Shown piece after piece: positions 1-9,185 of a stretch of DNA of 20,000 nucleotides (position 1 is its first letter; each line of letters starts with the position of its first letter). The notes below the pieces were generated by a model. It was given only the letters and a program-made list of their open reading frames with translations. It was not told where the DNA came from and searched no databases. The stretch is from an uncultured virus (IMG/VR IMGVR_UViG_3300042484_001250) (lineage: Duplodnaviria > Heunggongvirae > Uroviricota > Caudoviricetes): IMG/VR virus record IMGVR_UViG_3300042484_001250, positions 113,286 through 133,285 of that record; one strand, 5' to 3'. The translations under genes were made by a program, and so were the position numbers.

Positions 1-1131
1 GGCAAATCTACCAATTATATGATTCAGAAAATAAAAGAGTCTGGTAAACGTATTCACTTTACAACTGTTGATACGTTTAAAGGAACTGAATCGGAACCTT
101 GGCATAACCCAGTGGTTCAACATTATAATGGAGATTTATTTCCTGAATTTATTGATAACACATTATTATCAAACAACTATGGGTTATTTGATATTATAAA
201 AGATAATTCCGTAAATGCAGCAAATCAATTTAAGAATAATAGTATTGATTATATAATGATTGATGCCGGGCATACTTACGAAGATGTTACAACTGATTTA
301 AAAACTTGGTATAAAAAAGTAAAACCGGGTGGTATTATTAGTGGTGATGATTATACAATAACCGATGGTGTAACCAATGCTGCAAACGATTTCTTTTATG
401 GGCAATTTGATAAAACGTATTATAGGGCATTCTTACGAAAGAAACCTAGAATTCAAATCAAACATTTATTAACATCTCCATTTAACGCAAGAGAATATAT
501 TAGTATTGCTTCCATAAAACAATTACAAAAATATGGAATTGATTACACTCAAAGTGTAACTGAAGTGTATAAAGATATTCCACCTACCGAACATTGTAGG
601 AGACCCGAACATATAAGTAAAGATAATAAGCCGGGTGAGTTATGGCCTGGCGCTGGATTGGGTTGGATAACTGGTGGACATTATGGGTGTTATTTAGCAC
701 ATAAGAACGCAGTTGATAGCTTGGATGATAAATACGATTACACTCTTATATTCGAAGCAGATGCGTTCATTTACACCGGTTTGGAAGAGTTTGTAGATAT
801 AGTTCACAAAGCGTGTTTCATTTCGGAAAGAGACGATGTGTACTATATTGGATTGGCAAATAACCCATCTCGTTCAAAAGAAAAGGTAGATGAATTATTT
901 TCACAAACCGCACATAACCAAGACCTTGCACATGCTTATTTGGTTAGAAACAAAGATAAACAATGGTGGAAAGATAGGATAGCAGATTGTGAATGGGATG
1001 TTGGTGATTTATGGTATAATCACGTATTTGCTAAATATCCAATGAAAAGATATACTACAAACAAAATGTATAGTAATCAGACGGAGGGATTCTCATTATT
1101 AGACCAAACAATTAAAACTTGGAACGTATGA
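1..1131 (+). CDS. 5'-truncated fusion: class I SAM-dependent methyltransferase (Methyltransf_24-like) plus a C-terminal glycosyltransferase-like (GT25-like) domain
   Basis: Frame is open from base 1 (GKSTNYM...). Methyltransferase-type motifs VDTFKG, IDYIMIDAGHTYE and KVKPGGIISGDDY are followed by GCYLAH, LIFEADA and AHAYLV, as seen in GT25-type enzymes. Confidence 0.75.
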   Translation, partial: GKSTNYMIQKIKESGKRIHFTTVDTFKGTESEPWHNPVVQHYNGDLFPEFIDNTLLSNNYGLFDIIKDNSVNAANQFKNNSIDYIMIDAGHTYEDVTTDLKTWYKKVKPGGIISGDDYTITDGVTNAANDFFYGQFDKTYYRAFLRKKPRIQIKHLLTSPFNAREYISIASIKQLQKYGIDYTQSVTEVYKDIPPTEHCRRPEHISKDNKPGELWPGAGLGWITGGHYGCYLAHKNAVDSLDDKYDYTLIFEADAFIYTGLEEFVDIVHKACFISERDDVYYIGLANNPSRSKEKVDELFSQTAHNQDLAHAYLVRNKDKQWWKDRIADCEWDVGDLWYNHVFAKYPMKRYTTNKMYSNQTEGFSLLDQTIKTWNV

Positions 1132-2276
1132 TATACGAAAATTTAAAAAGAAATATAAATAATATAACCGAAGTAAAAAACAGCGTATCGGTTAATTTTG
1201 TTAAAGGTGCATTTGTAGAAATAAAAGGACCTTACAAAGCAGAGTACACCGTTGATTTTATAGATAATAGGAGTGGTAAACGTATATTTGCATCTGATAT
1301 TGGAAATAATTGTTGGACACGGTGTACTAAAGAATATTTTGTAGAATGGAAAATACAAATTTATCAAAATGGAAAACTTTGGTATGAACATTTATATGAT
1401 GCAACTGATAAGAGAGTTTACATCCCATTGGATTCAAAAGCATTGGGTGATACAATGGCTTGGTTTCCATATGTAGATGAGTTCCGTAAAAAACATAATT
1501 GTAAAGTTGTAACATCTACTTTTATGAATGATTTATTTGTAGATGAATACCCTGAATTAGAATTTATTAATCCCGGTGAAGCAGCTGAAAACCTTTATGC
1601 AATGTATTCGGTTGGTTTATTTTACAATGATAATAACGAACCAAACTTACAAAAAAACCCAAATGATTTTAGAAAACAACCATTGCAAAAAATGTGTTCG
1701 GATATTTTAGGATTAGATTATGTGGAGGTTAGACCTAAAATAAAACACAATCCAATTGAAATAAATTCAGAATTAAAACAAATTACTATTGGTGTATTTG
1801 GTACGGCTCAACCTAAATTTTGGAATAACAAAGATGGCTGGCAGTATGTAGTTGATTGGTTAAACTCAAAAGGATACACAGTCAAACTAATATCAAAAGA
1901 AGGAGATGATTATATGGGGAATAAATTACCAACGGGAATTGTTAAACATCCAAACGGTCCTTTGAGTGATGTAATTGATGAACTTAGAAAATCAAAAGCA
2001 TTTATAGGAATTGGTAGTGGGTTGAGTTGGTTAAGTTGGGCAGTTAATACTCCAACGGTATTGGTGAGTGGATTCTCATATGATTGGGCAGAAATGCAAG
2101 ATTGTGTAAGAATTGGTGCACCTGAAGGAAAGTGTAGTGGATGTTTCAATCGGTATAGATTAGATGCTGGTGATTGGAATTGGTGTCCTGACCACAAAGG
2201 TACGGATAGACAATTTGAGTGTACCAAATCAATAACACCACAATCGGTAATAAAAGAATTAGAAAAATTCTTATAA
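1128..2276 (+). CDS. Aah/TibC-like (autotransporter O-heptosyltransferase family, GT-B fold) glycosyltransferase
   Basis: Motifs SKALGDTMAWFPY and FIGIGSGLSWLSWAVNTPTVLVSGFS, plus the Cys cluster CSGCFN...WCPDH...FECTKSIT that matches the iron-binding region of Aah/TibC. Start set at ATG 1128, an ATGA overlap with the upstream stop. Confidence 0.8.
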   Translation: MIYENLKRNINNITEVKNSVSVNFVKGAFVEIKGPYKAEYTVDFIDNRSGKRIFASDIGNNCWTRCTKEYFVEWKIQIYQNGKLWYEHLYDATDKRVYIPLDSKALGDTMAWFPYVDEFRKKHNCKVVTSTFMNDLFVDEYPELEFINPGEAAENLYAMYSVGLFYNDNNEPNLQKNPNDFRKQPLQKMCSDILGLDYVEVRPKIKHNPIEINSELKQITIGVFGTAQPKFWNNKDGWQYVVDWLNSKGYTVKLISKEGDDYMGNKLPTGIVKHPNGPLSDVIDELRKSKAFIGIGSGLSWLSWAVNTPTVLVSGFSYDWAEMQDCVRIGAPEGKCSGCFNRYRLDAGDWNWCPDHKGTDRQFECTKSITPQSVIKELEKFL

Positions 2277-2290
2277 AAATTAAAAAACAA

Positions 2291-2300
2291 TATATTTATA
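2291..2300 (+). promoter_or_regulatory. Putative phage late promoter motif TATATTTATA
   Basis: Recurrent intergenic motif, 25 nt before ATG 2326. Confidence 0.6.
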
Positions 2301-2325
2301 TATAAACAAACAAAACAATAATATT

Positions 2326-2688
2326 ATGGCATTAAATGTTCCACAAATACAAAACGTAGAGATTGCAACTGCAAAATTGGATGAAGATGTAATTAAACAA
2401 ATTCAAGAATTAAACCAAAAATCTTCTATATTAATTAATGAGTTTGGTTCAATATATCTTAGAAAACAACAAATTCAAGAAGAATCACTTCGTATGGATG
2501 AGTTTTTAGAAAAAGCTAATGATGATTATAAAATGTATCAACAACAATTAAACGAAATTGGAGAGCAAATTGATGAAAAATATCCACAAGGTAGAATTAA
2601 TATCCAAGATGGTACTGTTCAATATCAACCAGGTGCACCAACTCGTAAGCAATTAGCTGAGCAACAATCTCAACAAGCTAATCAATAA
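2326..2688 (+). CDS. Hypothetical coiled-coil protein (Gln/Glu-rich, 120 aa)
   Basis: Clean ORF between two promoter motifs; heptad-like pattern ending in YPQGRINIQDG. Confidence 0.7.
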   Translation: MALNVPQIQNVEIATAKLDEDVIKQIQELNQKSSILINEFGSIYLRKQQIQEESLRMDEFLEKANDDYKMYQQQLNEIGEQIDEKYPQGRINIQDGTVQYQPGAPTRKQLAEQQSQQANQ

Positions 2689-2700
2689 AAATTTATTCTA

Positions 2701-2710
2701 TATTTATATA
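2701..2710 (+). promoter_or_regulatory. Putative phage late promoter motif TATATTTATA
   Basis: Same motif, 24 nt before ATG 2735. Confidence 0.65.
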
Positions 2711-2734
2711 GTATAAAGAGTAATACTATATTTA

Positions 2735-5700
2735 ATGAGTGAATTATCTAACTTTTTAGTAGAAAGCATATTAGGGGAATCTGCCGAAATGGAAAACGTA
2801 ATAGTTGTCTATTCTGGTAGATTTCAACCTTTTCATAAGGGGCACTTCGCCACATACAAACAACTTGTATCAAAATTCGGAAAAGATGATGTTTACATAG
2901 CAACATCCAATAAAACCGATAACCAAAAATCTCCATTTGATTTCAGAGAGAAAAAAACCATAATGACTAAAATGTTTGGTATCCCATCAAACAAAATAGT
3001 TCAGGTTAAAAATCCATATCAACCTACGGAAATTGTAAGTTCATACGATGCAGCTAAGACTGGTTTAATAGTTGTAGTTGGTGAGAAAGATGAACAACGT
3101 TTGGGTGGAAATTATTTTACTCCATATAAAGGTAAGGTAGAGATGGGATATTTGGATAAGGGATACGTTTATGCTTCACCTGCTCAATCAAATCCTATAA
3201 GTGGAACTGATGTTCGTAATTGGTTAAGTAAAGGAACTGATGACGAAAAGAAAGAGGGATTCTTAAAAGCATATCCAAAATTTGATGCAACTGTTTTCAA
3301 ATTTATTACTCTAAAATTAGCAAAACTTTCTGAAGATATTAACTTAGATGTGAATGTAGGTGATACTCTTTTGATGGGCAAGTTTAAGAACAAAAGAGTA
3401 GTTGTAAAAAATATTGATAAAGATGAGCATGGTATGCCAACTATCAATGGTAAGAAAGCAACTACATTTAGAATCCCACCAAAATCAAACCTATTTAATG
3501 AATCATCTAACTTTGGTATGGCTGGTGCTGAACCAGGTGAACCAAACCCAAACTACGTTGCCGATGGACAAGCTCGTATATTAGATAAAGGGAAACCTGA
3601 AGGTTGGTTTAGACAAGGTGGATACACCCAAATAGATAAACCAAAGGGTGATTGGATGCGTGGTAAGGGTAGAAAAAAAGAATCGGAATCAACATTTAGA
3701 AAAGTAACATATTCACTTAAAAACTATAAAGAATCTGAACTAAATCCAGCGCAAGACCCATACCATACTGAAGATTGGGTAGAAACTGAACCAAAGAAAA
3801 AAATTAAAAAACCAAAAAGATTTTGGGAAGATACTGAAATGGATGTAAAAATATCATTAATATCTGAAGAAGAATTAAACGAAATTGCTGAAGATTATAT
3901 AACCGCATTGGATGAAATGGGATTGGGTGGAGGAGCCGGTGTTGGTTTATCTTTACCGGGTGGATACATAAATGGTGCTCCGAAAGCAGATGATGTTGCC
4001 AAAGTAAGTAAGAAGTTGAAGAATAAAGGTATGAGTGGGTATGAGGAGGTTGATGAAGAAACTATTTTAGAATATAGTGGAAATGGTGCATTCTACAACG
4101 ATGGTAATGCAACAAGTGGTACAATGTGGAATGCTGATTGGGATGATTACAATAATGCAGAATACTATTTAGATAATTTAGAGGGTTGGTGTTTTTATCA
4201 CGAAGACCCATCTGAATATGAAAAGAAAAAATCAGTAGACCAAAAGTTACCAACGGATGACCAAAACGATGGAAAAACTGATAAGTACAATCGTATATTA
4301 AAATACAACTTTCCTAAACCAGAAGATTTAACGGAGATGGCTAAATCTGATTTAGACCAGGTTGAGAAATATGCTGACCAACAATTATCTCCCGAAGATA
4401 TTGAATTGGGAAAGGAAACTGACCATTTTTTCCAAAGATTAAATGACCCTCGTAATGGTAAACAAATATCAGCAGCCGAATTAACTGGTTTCTTTAAAAG
4501 ATTGGCAAAAAATAAAAAGAAATTTTTAGATTTTGTAAAACAATATAAGGAGTTTGTAGTTAAAGATAAGAGAACAAACATCAATATTCCATTTATGACA
4601 GTAGCAAACAAATTGATTGCTAAAACCATAATGAGAAAGGATGATTTCAAATCTTCAACACCAGTTTATGTATCCGAACAATCTTTGAGTGAAATTACAA
4701 AAGGTATCTACGGAAAGAAAATAAAAATCAATGGTGAAATAATTGAATTACAAGTTGAGTTAGTTGGGGCTGATAATAAAACAAATGAATTTATTACAAA
4801 AATAGTTCATATTGATAAAAAATATCAAAACAAATATCCAATTGGTTCTACACTAAAAGTACCGGCACGAATATTTAGATTACCCGGCGGTGGTTGGTAC
4901 AAAGTTAAAAATAAAGCATTTGAAGCAATAACTTCAAAAAATCATAAAGCAGATGGAACTGCTGACCACAATTTTACACAACATCATAAATCATCATCAT
5001 ATACACCTGATTATGGTTATCCTGCTGAATTAGATACAATTGATTTTGATGATGATAGAGAAATAGAACCTGGTCATCAAACGGATACAAAAGATAAACA
5101 AAACAAAGGATACGAACCTGTTAAAAAAGTAAACGAAAGTAAAGATTTAATAATTGAAGGTGGGGCTTATGGACACATGCACCATCCGTTTGATATTGAA
5201 ATGAACCTTACGTTCTCTGACCTAAAGAACATCGTTAAGAAAGCACTTACTGGAGATTTGGATGTAGCAAGAGAAAAAACCGATGGACAAGCATTGGCAA
5301 TTAGTTGGGTAAATGGAAGATTAGTTGCTGCTAGAAACAAATCACATCTAAAGAATAAAGGTGAGGGTGCTATGACAATAGGACAGGTAGCTGATAAGTT
5401 TGCTGGTAGAGGCGGACTAACCGATGCTTACAACTTTGCTATGAGTGATTTATCAAAAGCAATTGGTTCATTATCCGAACCACAAAGAAAAAAAGTATTT
5501 AATGATGGAAGTTCGTTTATGAATTTGGAAGTAATATATCCAACATCGGTAAACGTAATTCCATACAACCAACCACTATTAGTATTTCATGGTACATTTG
5601 ATTATGATATCGATGGTAATATAAGTGGTGAGAATCAACAATCAGCACGAATATTAGCTGGTATGATTAAGCAAGTAAATGCAAGTGTTCAATCCAAATA

Positions 5701-6349
5701 CACAATACAAGGACCACCAATGCAGAAATTACCAAAGAGTGAGAATTTAACAAAACTACAATCAAAGTATATGAGTATGATATCTAAACTACAAAGTGAG
5801 TTTGGGTTATCTGATTCTGATGGGGTAGCTGATTATCATCAAGCGTGGTGGAGTAACTTTGTGGATAAAAACGCAAAAGGATTAGATGCACAAGAAAAGA
5901 TTGGTTTGGTTAAGAGATGGGCATTTGGAGATAAAGGATTCAGAATAGCAACAATACAAAACCCTAAATTAAGAAGTTGGGCAGACAATACTGAAAAGAA
6001 AGACCAAGCTAAAATAGCAAAAGATAACCTAATGAAATTTGAAGAAATATTCTTAGGTGTTGGTGCAGATGTACTTTCATTTATGGAATCAGTACTTACC
6101 GCAAATCCAACGGAAGCAACTAAACAAATGGTAGCTAGATTACATAAGACGGTTGATGATGTTAGAAAGTTGGGAGACCCTAAGAAGTTGGATAAACTTA
6201 AATTAGAATTACAAAGATTACAGGCATTAGGTGGATTTGAAAAGATAGTTCCAAATGAAGGTATCGTATTTGTATATAACGGAAACACTTACAAATTAAC
6301 AGGAGCATTCGCTCCACTTAATCAAATATTAGGTCTTTTTTACGAATAA
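2735..6349 (+). CDS. Multidomain putative virion protein: N-terminal HxGH (cytidylyltransferase-like) nucleotidyltransferase, several small modules, and a C-terminal KxDG ligase-like (DUF6267-like) domain
   Basis: YSGRFQPFHKGH and ISGTDVR at the N terminus. GGAYGHMHHPFD, EKTDGQ and EGIVF...YKLTG at the C terminus. Acidic (I/L/V)xE linkers lie between modules. Confidence 0.75.
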   Translation: MSELSNFLVESILGESAEMENVIVVYSGRFQPFHKGHFATYKQLVSKFGKDDVYIATSNKTDNQKSPFDFREKKTIMTKMFGIPSNKIVQVKNPYQPTEIVSSYDAAKTGLIVVVGEKDEQRLGGNYFTPYKGKVEMGYLDKGYVYASPAQSNPISGTDVRNWLSKGTDDEKKEGFLKAYPKFDATVFKFITLKLAKLSEDINLDVNVGDTLLMGKFKNKRVVVKNIDKDEHGMPTINGKKATTFRIPPKSNLFNESSNFGMAGAEPGEPNPNYVADGQARILDKGKPEGWFRQGGYTQIDKPKGDWMRGKGRKKESESTFRKVTYSLKNYKESELNPAQDPYHTEDWVETEPKKKIKKPKRFWEDTEMDVKISLISEEELNEIAEDYITALDEMGLGGGAGVGLSLPGGYINGAPKADDVAKVSKKLKNKGMSGYEEVDEETILEYSGNGAFYNDGNATSGTMWNADWDDYNNAEYYLDNLEGWCFYHEDPSEYEKKKSVDQKLPTDDQNDGKTDKYNRILKYNFPKPEDLTEMAKSDLDQVEKYADQQLSPEDIELGKETDHFFQRLNDPRNGKQISAAELTGFFKRLAKNKKKFLDFVKQYKEFVVKDKRTNINIPFMTVANKLIAKTIMRKDDFKSSTPVYVSEQSLSEITKGIYGKKIKINGEIIELQVELVGADNKTNEFITKIVHIDKKYQNKYPIGSTLKVPARIFRLPGGGWYKVKNKAFEAITSKNHKADGTADHNFTQHHKSSSYTPDYGYPAELDTIDFDDDREIEPGHQTDTKDKQNKGYEPVKKVNESKDLIIEGGAYGHMHHPFDIEMNLTFSDLKNIVKKALTGDLDVAREKTDGQALAISWVNGRLVAARNKSHLKNKGEGAMTIGQVADKFAGRGGLTDAYNFAMSDLSKAIGSLSEPQRKKVFNDGSSFMNLEVIYPTSVNVIPYNQPLLVFHGTFDYDIDGNISGENQQSARILAGMIKQVNASVQSKYTIQGPPMQKLPKSENLTKLQSKYMSMISKLQSEFGLSDSDGVADYHQAWWSNFVDKNAKGLDAQEKIGLVKRWAFGDKGFRIATIQNPKLRSWADNTEKKDQAKIAKDNLMKFEEIFLGVGADVLSFMESVLTANPTEATKQMVARLHKTVDDVRKLGDPKKLDKLKLELQRLQALGGFEKIVPNEGIVFVYNGNTYKLTGAFAPLNQILGLFYE

Positions 6350-6374
6350 TTTTTAACCTTTTTTCCAAAAAGTA

Positions 6375-6384
6375 TATACTTATA
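6375..6384 (+). promoter_or_regulatory. Putative phage late promoter motif TATACTTATA
   Basis: Motif variant, 23 nt before ATG 6408. Confidence 0.6.
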
Positions 6385-6407
6385 TATACGAATATATAGG
6401 AAATAAT

Positions 6408-7097
6408 ATGGCAAAAGAATTCAATCGAAAGTACATGCATCCGACTCGTAGAAAGTTATCGGATATGGTATTACGTGGGCAGGAATATGAAACAAATGCA
6501 CAAATCTCATTATCAGTAAATCCGGAAGCTAATATTACAAGAGAAGTTGGAGAAACTTGGACTGATTCAAACGGAGTTCAATGGGAACAAAAAAAATGGG
6601 GTAAGGAGCAGATATCATCATTAAGTGATACAATGGCTGGAGTTAGAAACTATTTAGCAGAACTTAATAGATGTAAAGGTGTTGGATGCAAAACAATCAA
6701 ATTAGGTAGAGTTGATAAAAAGTTAATATCCAAAACAGGATATTGTATAACGTGTCTTGCTATAAAAGAAACTCAAATAAAAACTGATGGATTGTGGGAT
6801 GCATACGAAACCTACAAATTAACATCAAATATGATTGACCATGGTACTGACGTACTTGCTCAATTTAATCAAGCATATAACGATGCAAAGCAGGAATATG
6901 AGTATGTAAACGAAAATGGTACAACTGAAAAGTGGACTATGGAAAGGCCTGTTGAGGAATTAAAAGCTGAAATATTATTAGAAATTACAAACGTAGAAGC
7001 TGAAGTTATACAAGTTACAAAATTAAGAAATGAAGCTTGGGAATTACTAAAAGATAAAAATTATGATTTAGTAAAACCACCTAAAGATTTAGTATGA
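6408..7097 (+). CDS. Hypothetical protein with a Cys cluster (CKGVGC...CITC), coupled to the terminase gene
   Basis: 229-aa ORF with an ATGA overlap to the terminase gene; possible Zn-binding motif. Confidence 0.7.
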   Translation: MAKEFNRKYMHPTRRKLSDMVLRGQEYETNAQISLSVNPEANITREVGETWTDSNGVQWEQKKWGKEQISSLSDTMAGVRNYLAELNRCKGVGCKTIKLGRVDKKLISKTGYCITCLAIKETQIKTDGLWDAYETYKLTSNMIDHGTDVLAQFNQAYNDAKQEYEYVNENGTTEKWTMERPVEELKAEILLEITNVEAEVIQVTKLRNEAWELLKDKNYDLVKPPKDLV

Positions 7098-8686
7098 GTA
7101 ACGGAATACAACAAAAAAAATCTCTAAAGCAAATTATTGCAGAAGAATACAAAAAGTGTGCTAGTGACCCTATCCACTTTATGAAGAAATATTGTATGAT
7201 TCAGCATCCGGTGAAAGGTAAAATACCATTTCACCTATTTCCGTTTCAAGAGAAAACATTAACCGAATTTAAGAACAATCGTTTTAACATCGTTCTTAAG
7301 TCACGTCAAACTGGTATATCCACATTATCAGCAGGATATGCTTTGTGGAGTATGTTATTCAATACGGATTTCAACGTATTGGTTATTGCAACAAAACAAG
7401 AGGTTGCAAAGAACTTAGTAACAAAAGTAAGAGTAATGTACGAACTATTACCATCGTGGTTAAAGGGTGGTGCATTGGAAGATAACAAACTCTCACTCAA
7501 ATTACAAAATGGTTCACAAATCAAAGCAATTGCTTCCTCACCTGATGCAGGACGTTCGGAAGCATTATCACTTCTAATATTTGATGAGGCAGCTTTCATT
7601 GATGATATCGATGAGATTTGGAAAGCAGCTCAATCTACTCTATCAACGGGTGGGGCGTGTATTGCCCTTTCAACTCCCAATGGTGTAGGTAATTGGTTTC
7701 ATCAAACGTGGAGTGATGCGGAATCATCTATAAATCCATTCAATACAATCAGATTACATTGGACAGTTCATCCAGAAAGAGACCAGACGTGGAGAGATGA
7801 GCAAGAAAGATTGTTGGGAAGAAAAGGAGCCGCACAGGAATGTGATTGTGACTTTATTTCATCTGGAGATAACGTAATTGACCCAGAACTCTTAATGTTC
7901 TACAAAGAAACTTATGTTCAAGACCCTGTTTCAAAAGGTGGTATAGATAATAACTTTTGGAGATGGGAATATCCTACATCAAATGCATCTTATATGGTTG
8001 TAGCTGACGTTGCAAGAGGAGATGGTGCCGATTATTCTACATTCCACATTATGGATATTGTAACGGCAACGCAAGTTGGTGAATACAAAGGCAAGATAGA
8101 TACAAAAGATTTTGGAAATTTGTTAGTAGCAATATCAACTGAATATAATGATGCTTTATTAGTAATTGAAAACGCAAACATTGGTTGGGCAACAATACAA
8201 CAGGTAATAGATAGGGGGTATCGTAACCTATTCTATATGAGTAAAGATTTGAAATATGTAGATGTTGAAAATCAATTAAACAATAGATACAGAGCAGAAG
8301 ATAGAGGATTAGTTGCTGGTTTTTCAACAACATCAAAGACAAGACCTTTAATCATATCAAAGTTGGATGATTATTTTAGAGAAAAGACGGTTATAGTACG
8401 TTCTTCTCGATTGATTGATGAATTGTTCACATTTATATATTCAAGTGGTAGAGCGGAAGCTATGAAGGGTTATAACGATGACTTGGTGATGGCATTCTCT
8501 ATTGGATTATGGGTAAGAGATACTGCGTTAAGATTAAGACAAGAAGGTATTGATTTAACAAAAATGGCAGTAGCTGGAATTACTGCAAATACATACGAAG
8601 GTGTGTATTCACCATCTAATATGGATGAGAATCCTTGGAAGATGAGAGTAGGTGAAGGGTTCGAAGATTTAACCCAATGGTTATAG
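7094..8686 (+). CDS. terL: Terminase large subunit (T4 gp17-like)
   Basis: Walker A LKSRQTGIST, Walker B LLIFDEAAF, coupling motif STPNG, nuclease motifs VVADVARG and NDDLVMA. Confidence 0.96.
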   Translation: MSNGIQQKKSLKQIIAEEYKKCASDPIHFMKKYCMIQHPVKGKIPFHLFPFQEKTLTEFKNNRFNIVLKSRQTGISTLSAGYALWSMLFNTDFNVLVIATKQEVAKNLVTKVRVMYELLPSWLKGGALEDNKLSLKLQNGSQIKAIASSPDAGRSEALSLLIFDEAAFIDDIDEIWKAAQSTLSTGGACIALSTPNGVGNWFHQTWSDAESSINPFNTIRLHWTVHPERDQTWRDEQERLLGRKGAAQECDCDFISSGDNVIDPELLMFYKETYVQDPVSKGGIDNNFWRWEYPTSNASYMVVADVARGDGADYSTFHIMDIVTATQVGEYKGKIDTKDFGNLLVAISTEYNDALLVIENANIGWATIQQVIDRGYRNLFYMSKDLKYVDVENQLNNRYRAEDRGLVAGFSTTSKTRPLIISKLDDYFREKTVIVRSSRLIDELFTFIYSSGRAEAMKGYNDDLVMAFSIGLWVRDTALRLRQEGIDLTKMAVAGITANTYEGVYSPSNMDENPWKMRVGEGFEDLTQWL

Positions 8687-8702
8687 TGTTTTAATATTTT
8701 TA

Positions 8703-8712
8703 CATATTTATT
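8703..8712 (+). promoter_or_regulatory. Putative phage late promoter motif CATATTTATT
   Basis: Motif variant, 24 nt before ATG 8737. Confidence 0.6.
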
Positions 8713-8736
8713 GTATATATCAAAATACTATTTACT

Positions 8737-9174
8737 ATGATTAAGTTAAAATCTTTACTAAACGAAGATGAGTATATAGACCAAGCATATGCTATGGGTG
8801 ATACTCCGCAAGATAATCCAATTGATGATTATGATGAATTGGATGTTGAGCAAGAAGATATGGATGACTTTATTGCATACTTACAACAATACTCAAACGA
8901 ATTGAATGAGACAAATTGTAATTGTGTGTTTGAAGCAGAATATCAGGGAAGAGAAGTAAAGTTAGGGAAACCGATGCAAGGCGATGTAAAGAAATTTAAG
9001 GTCTACGTCAAAAACCCAAAAACAGGTAAGGTGATTAAAGTGAATTTTGGACAGAAGGGAATGGTTATTAAAAAAGACAATCCAGCAAGACGAAAATCAT
9101 TTAGAGCAAGAATGAATTGTGATAATCCCGGTCCAAGAACAAAGGCAAACTATTGGAGTTGTCGAAAATGGTAA
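8737..9174 (+). CDS. Putative internal head protein: acidic N-terminal propeptide and a basic C-terminal domain
   Basis: MIKLKSLLNE leader and acidic first half. After VFE comes a very basic domain KKFKVYV...VNFG...RRKSFRARMNC...ANYWSC, a small domain recognisable from other viruses. Confidence 0.7.
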   Translation: MIKLKSLLNEDEYIDQAYAMGDTPQDNPIDDYDELDVEQEDMDDFIAYLQQYSNELNETNCNCVFEAEYQGREVKLGKPMQGDVKKFKVYVKNPKTGKVIKVNFGQKGMVIKKDNPARRKSFRARMNCDNPGPRTKANYWSCRKW

Positions 9175-9185
9175 AATAGAAAATT

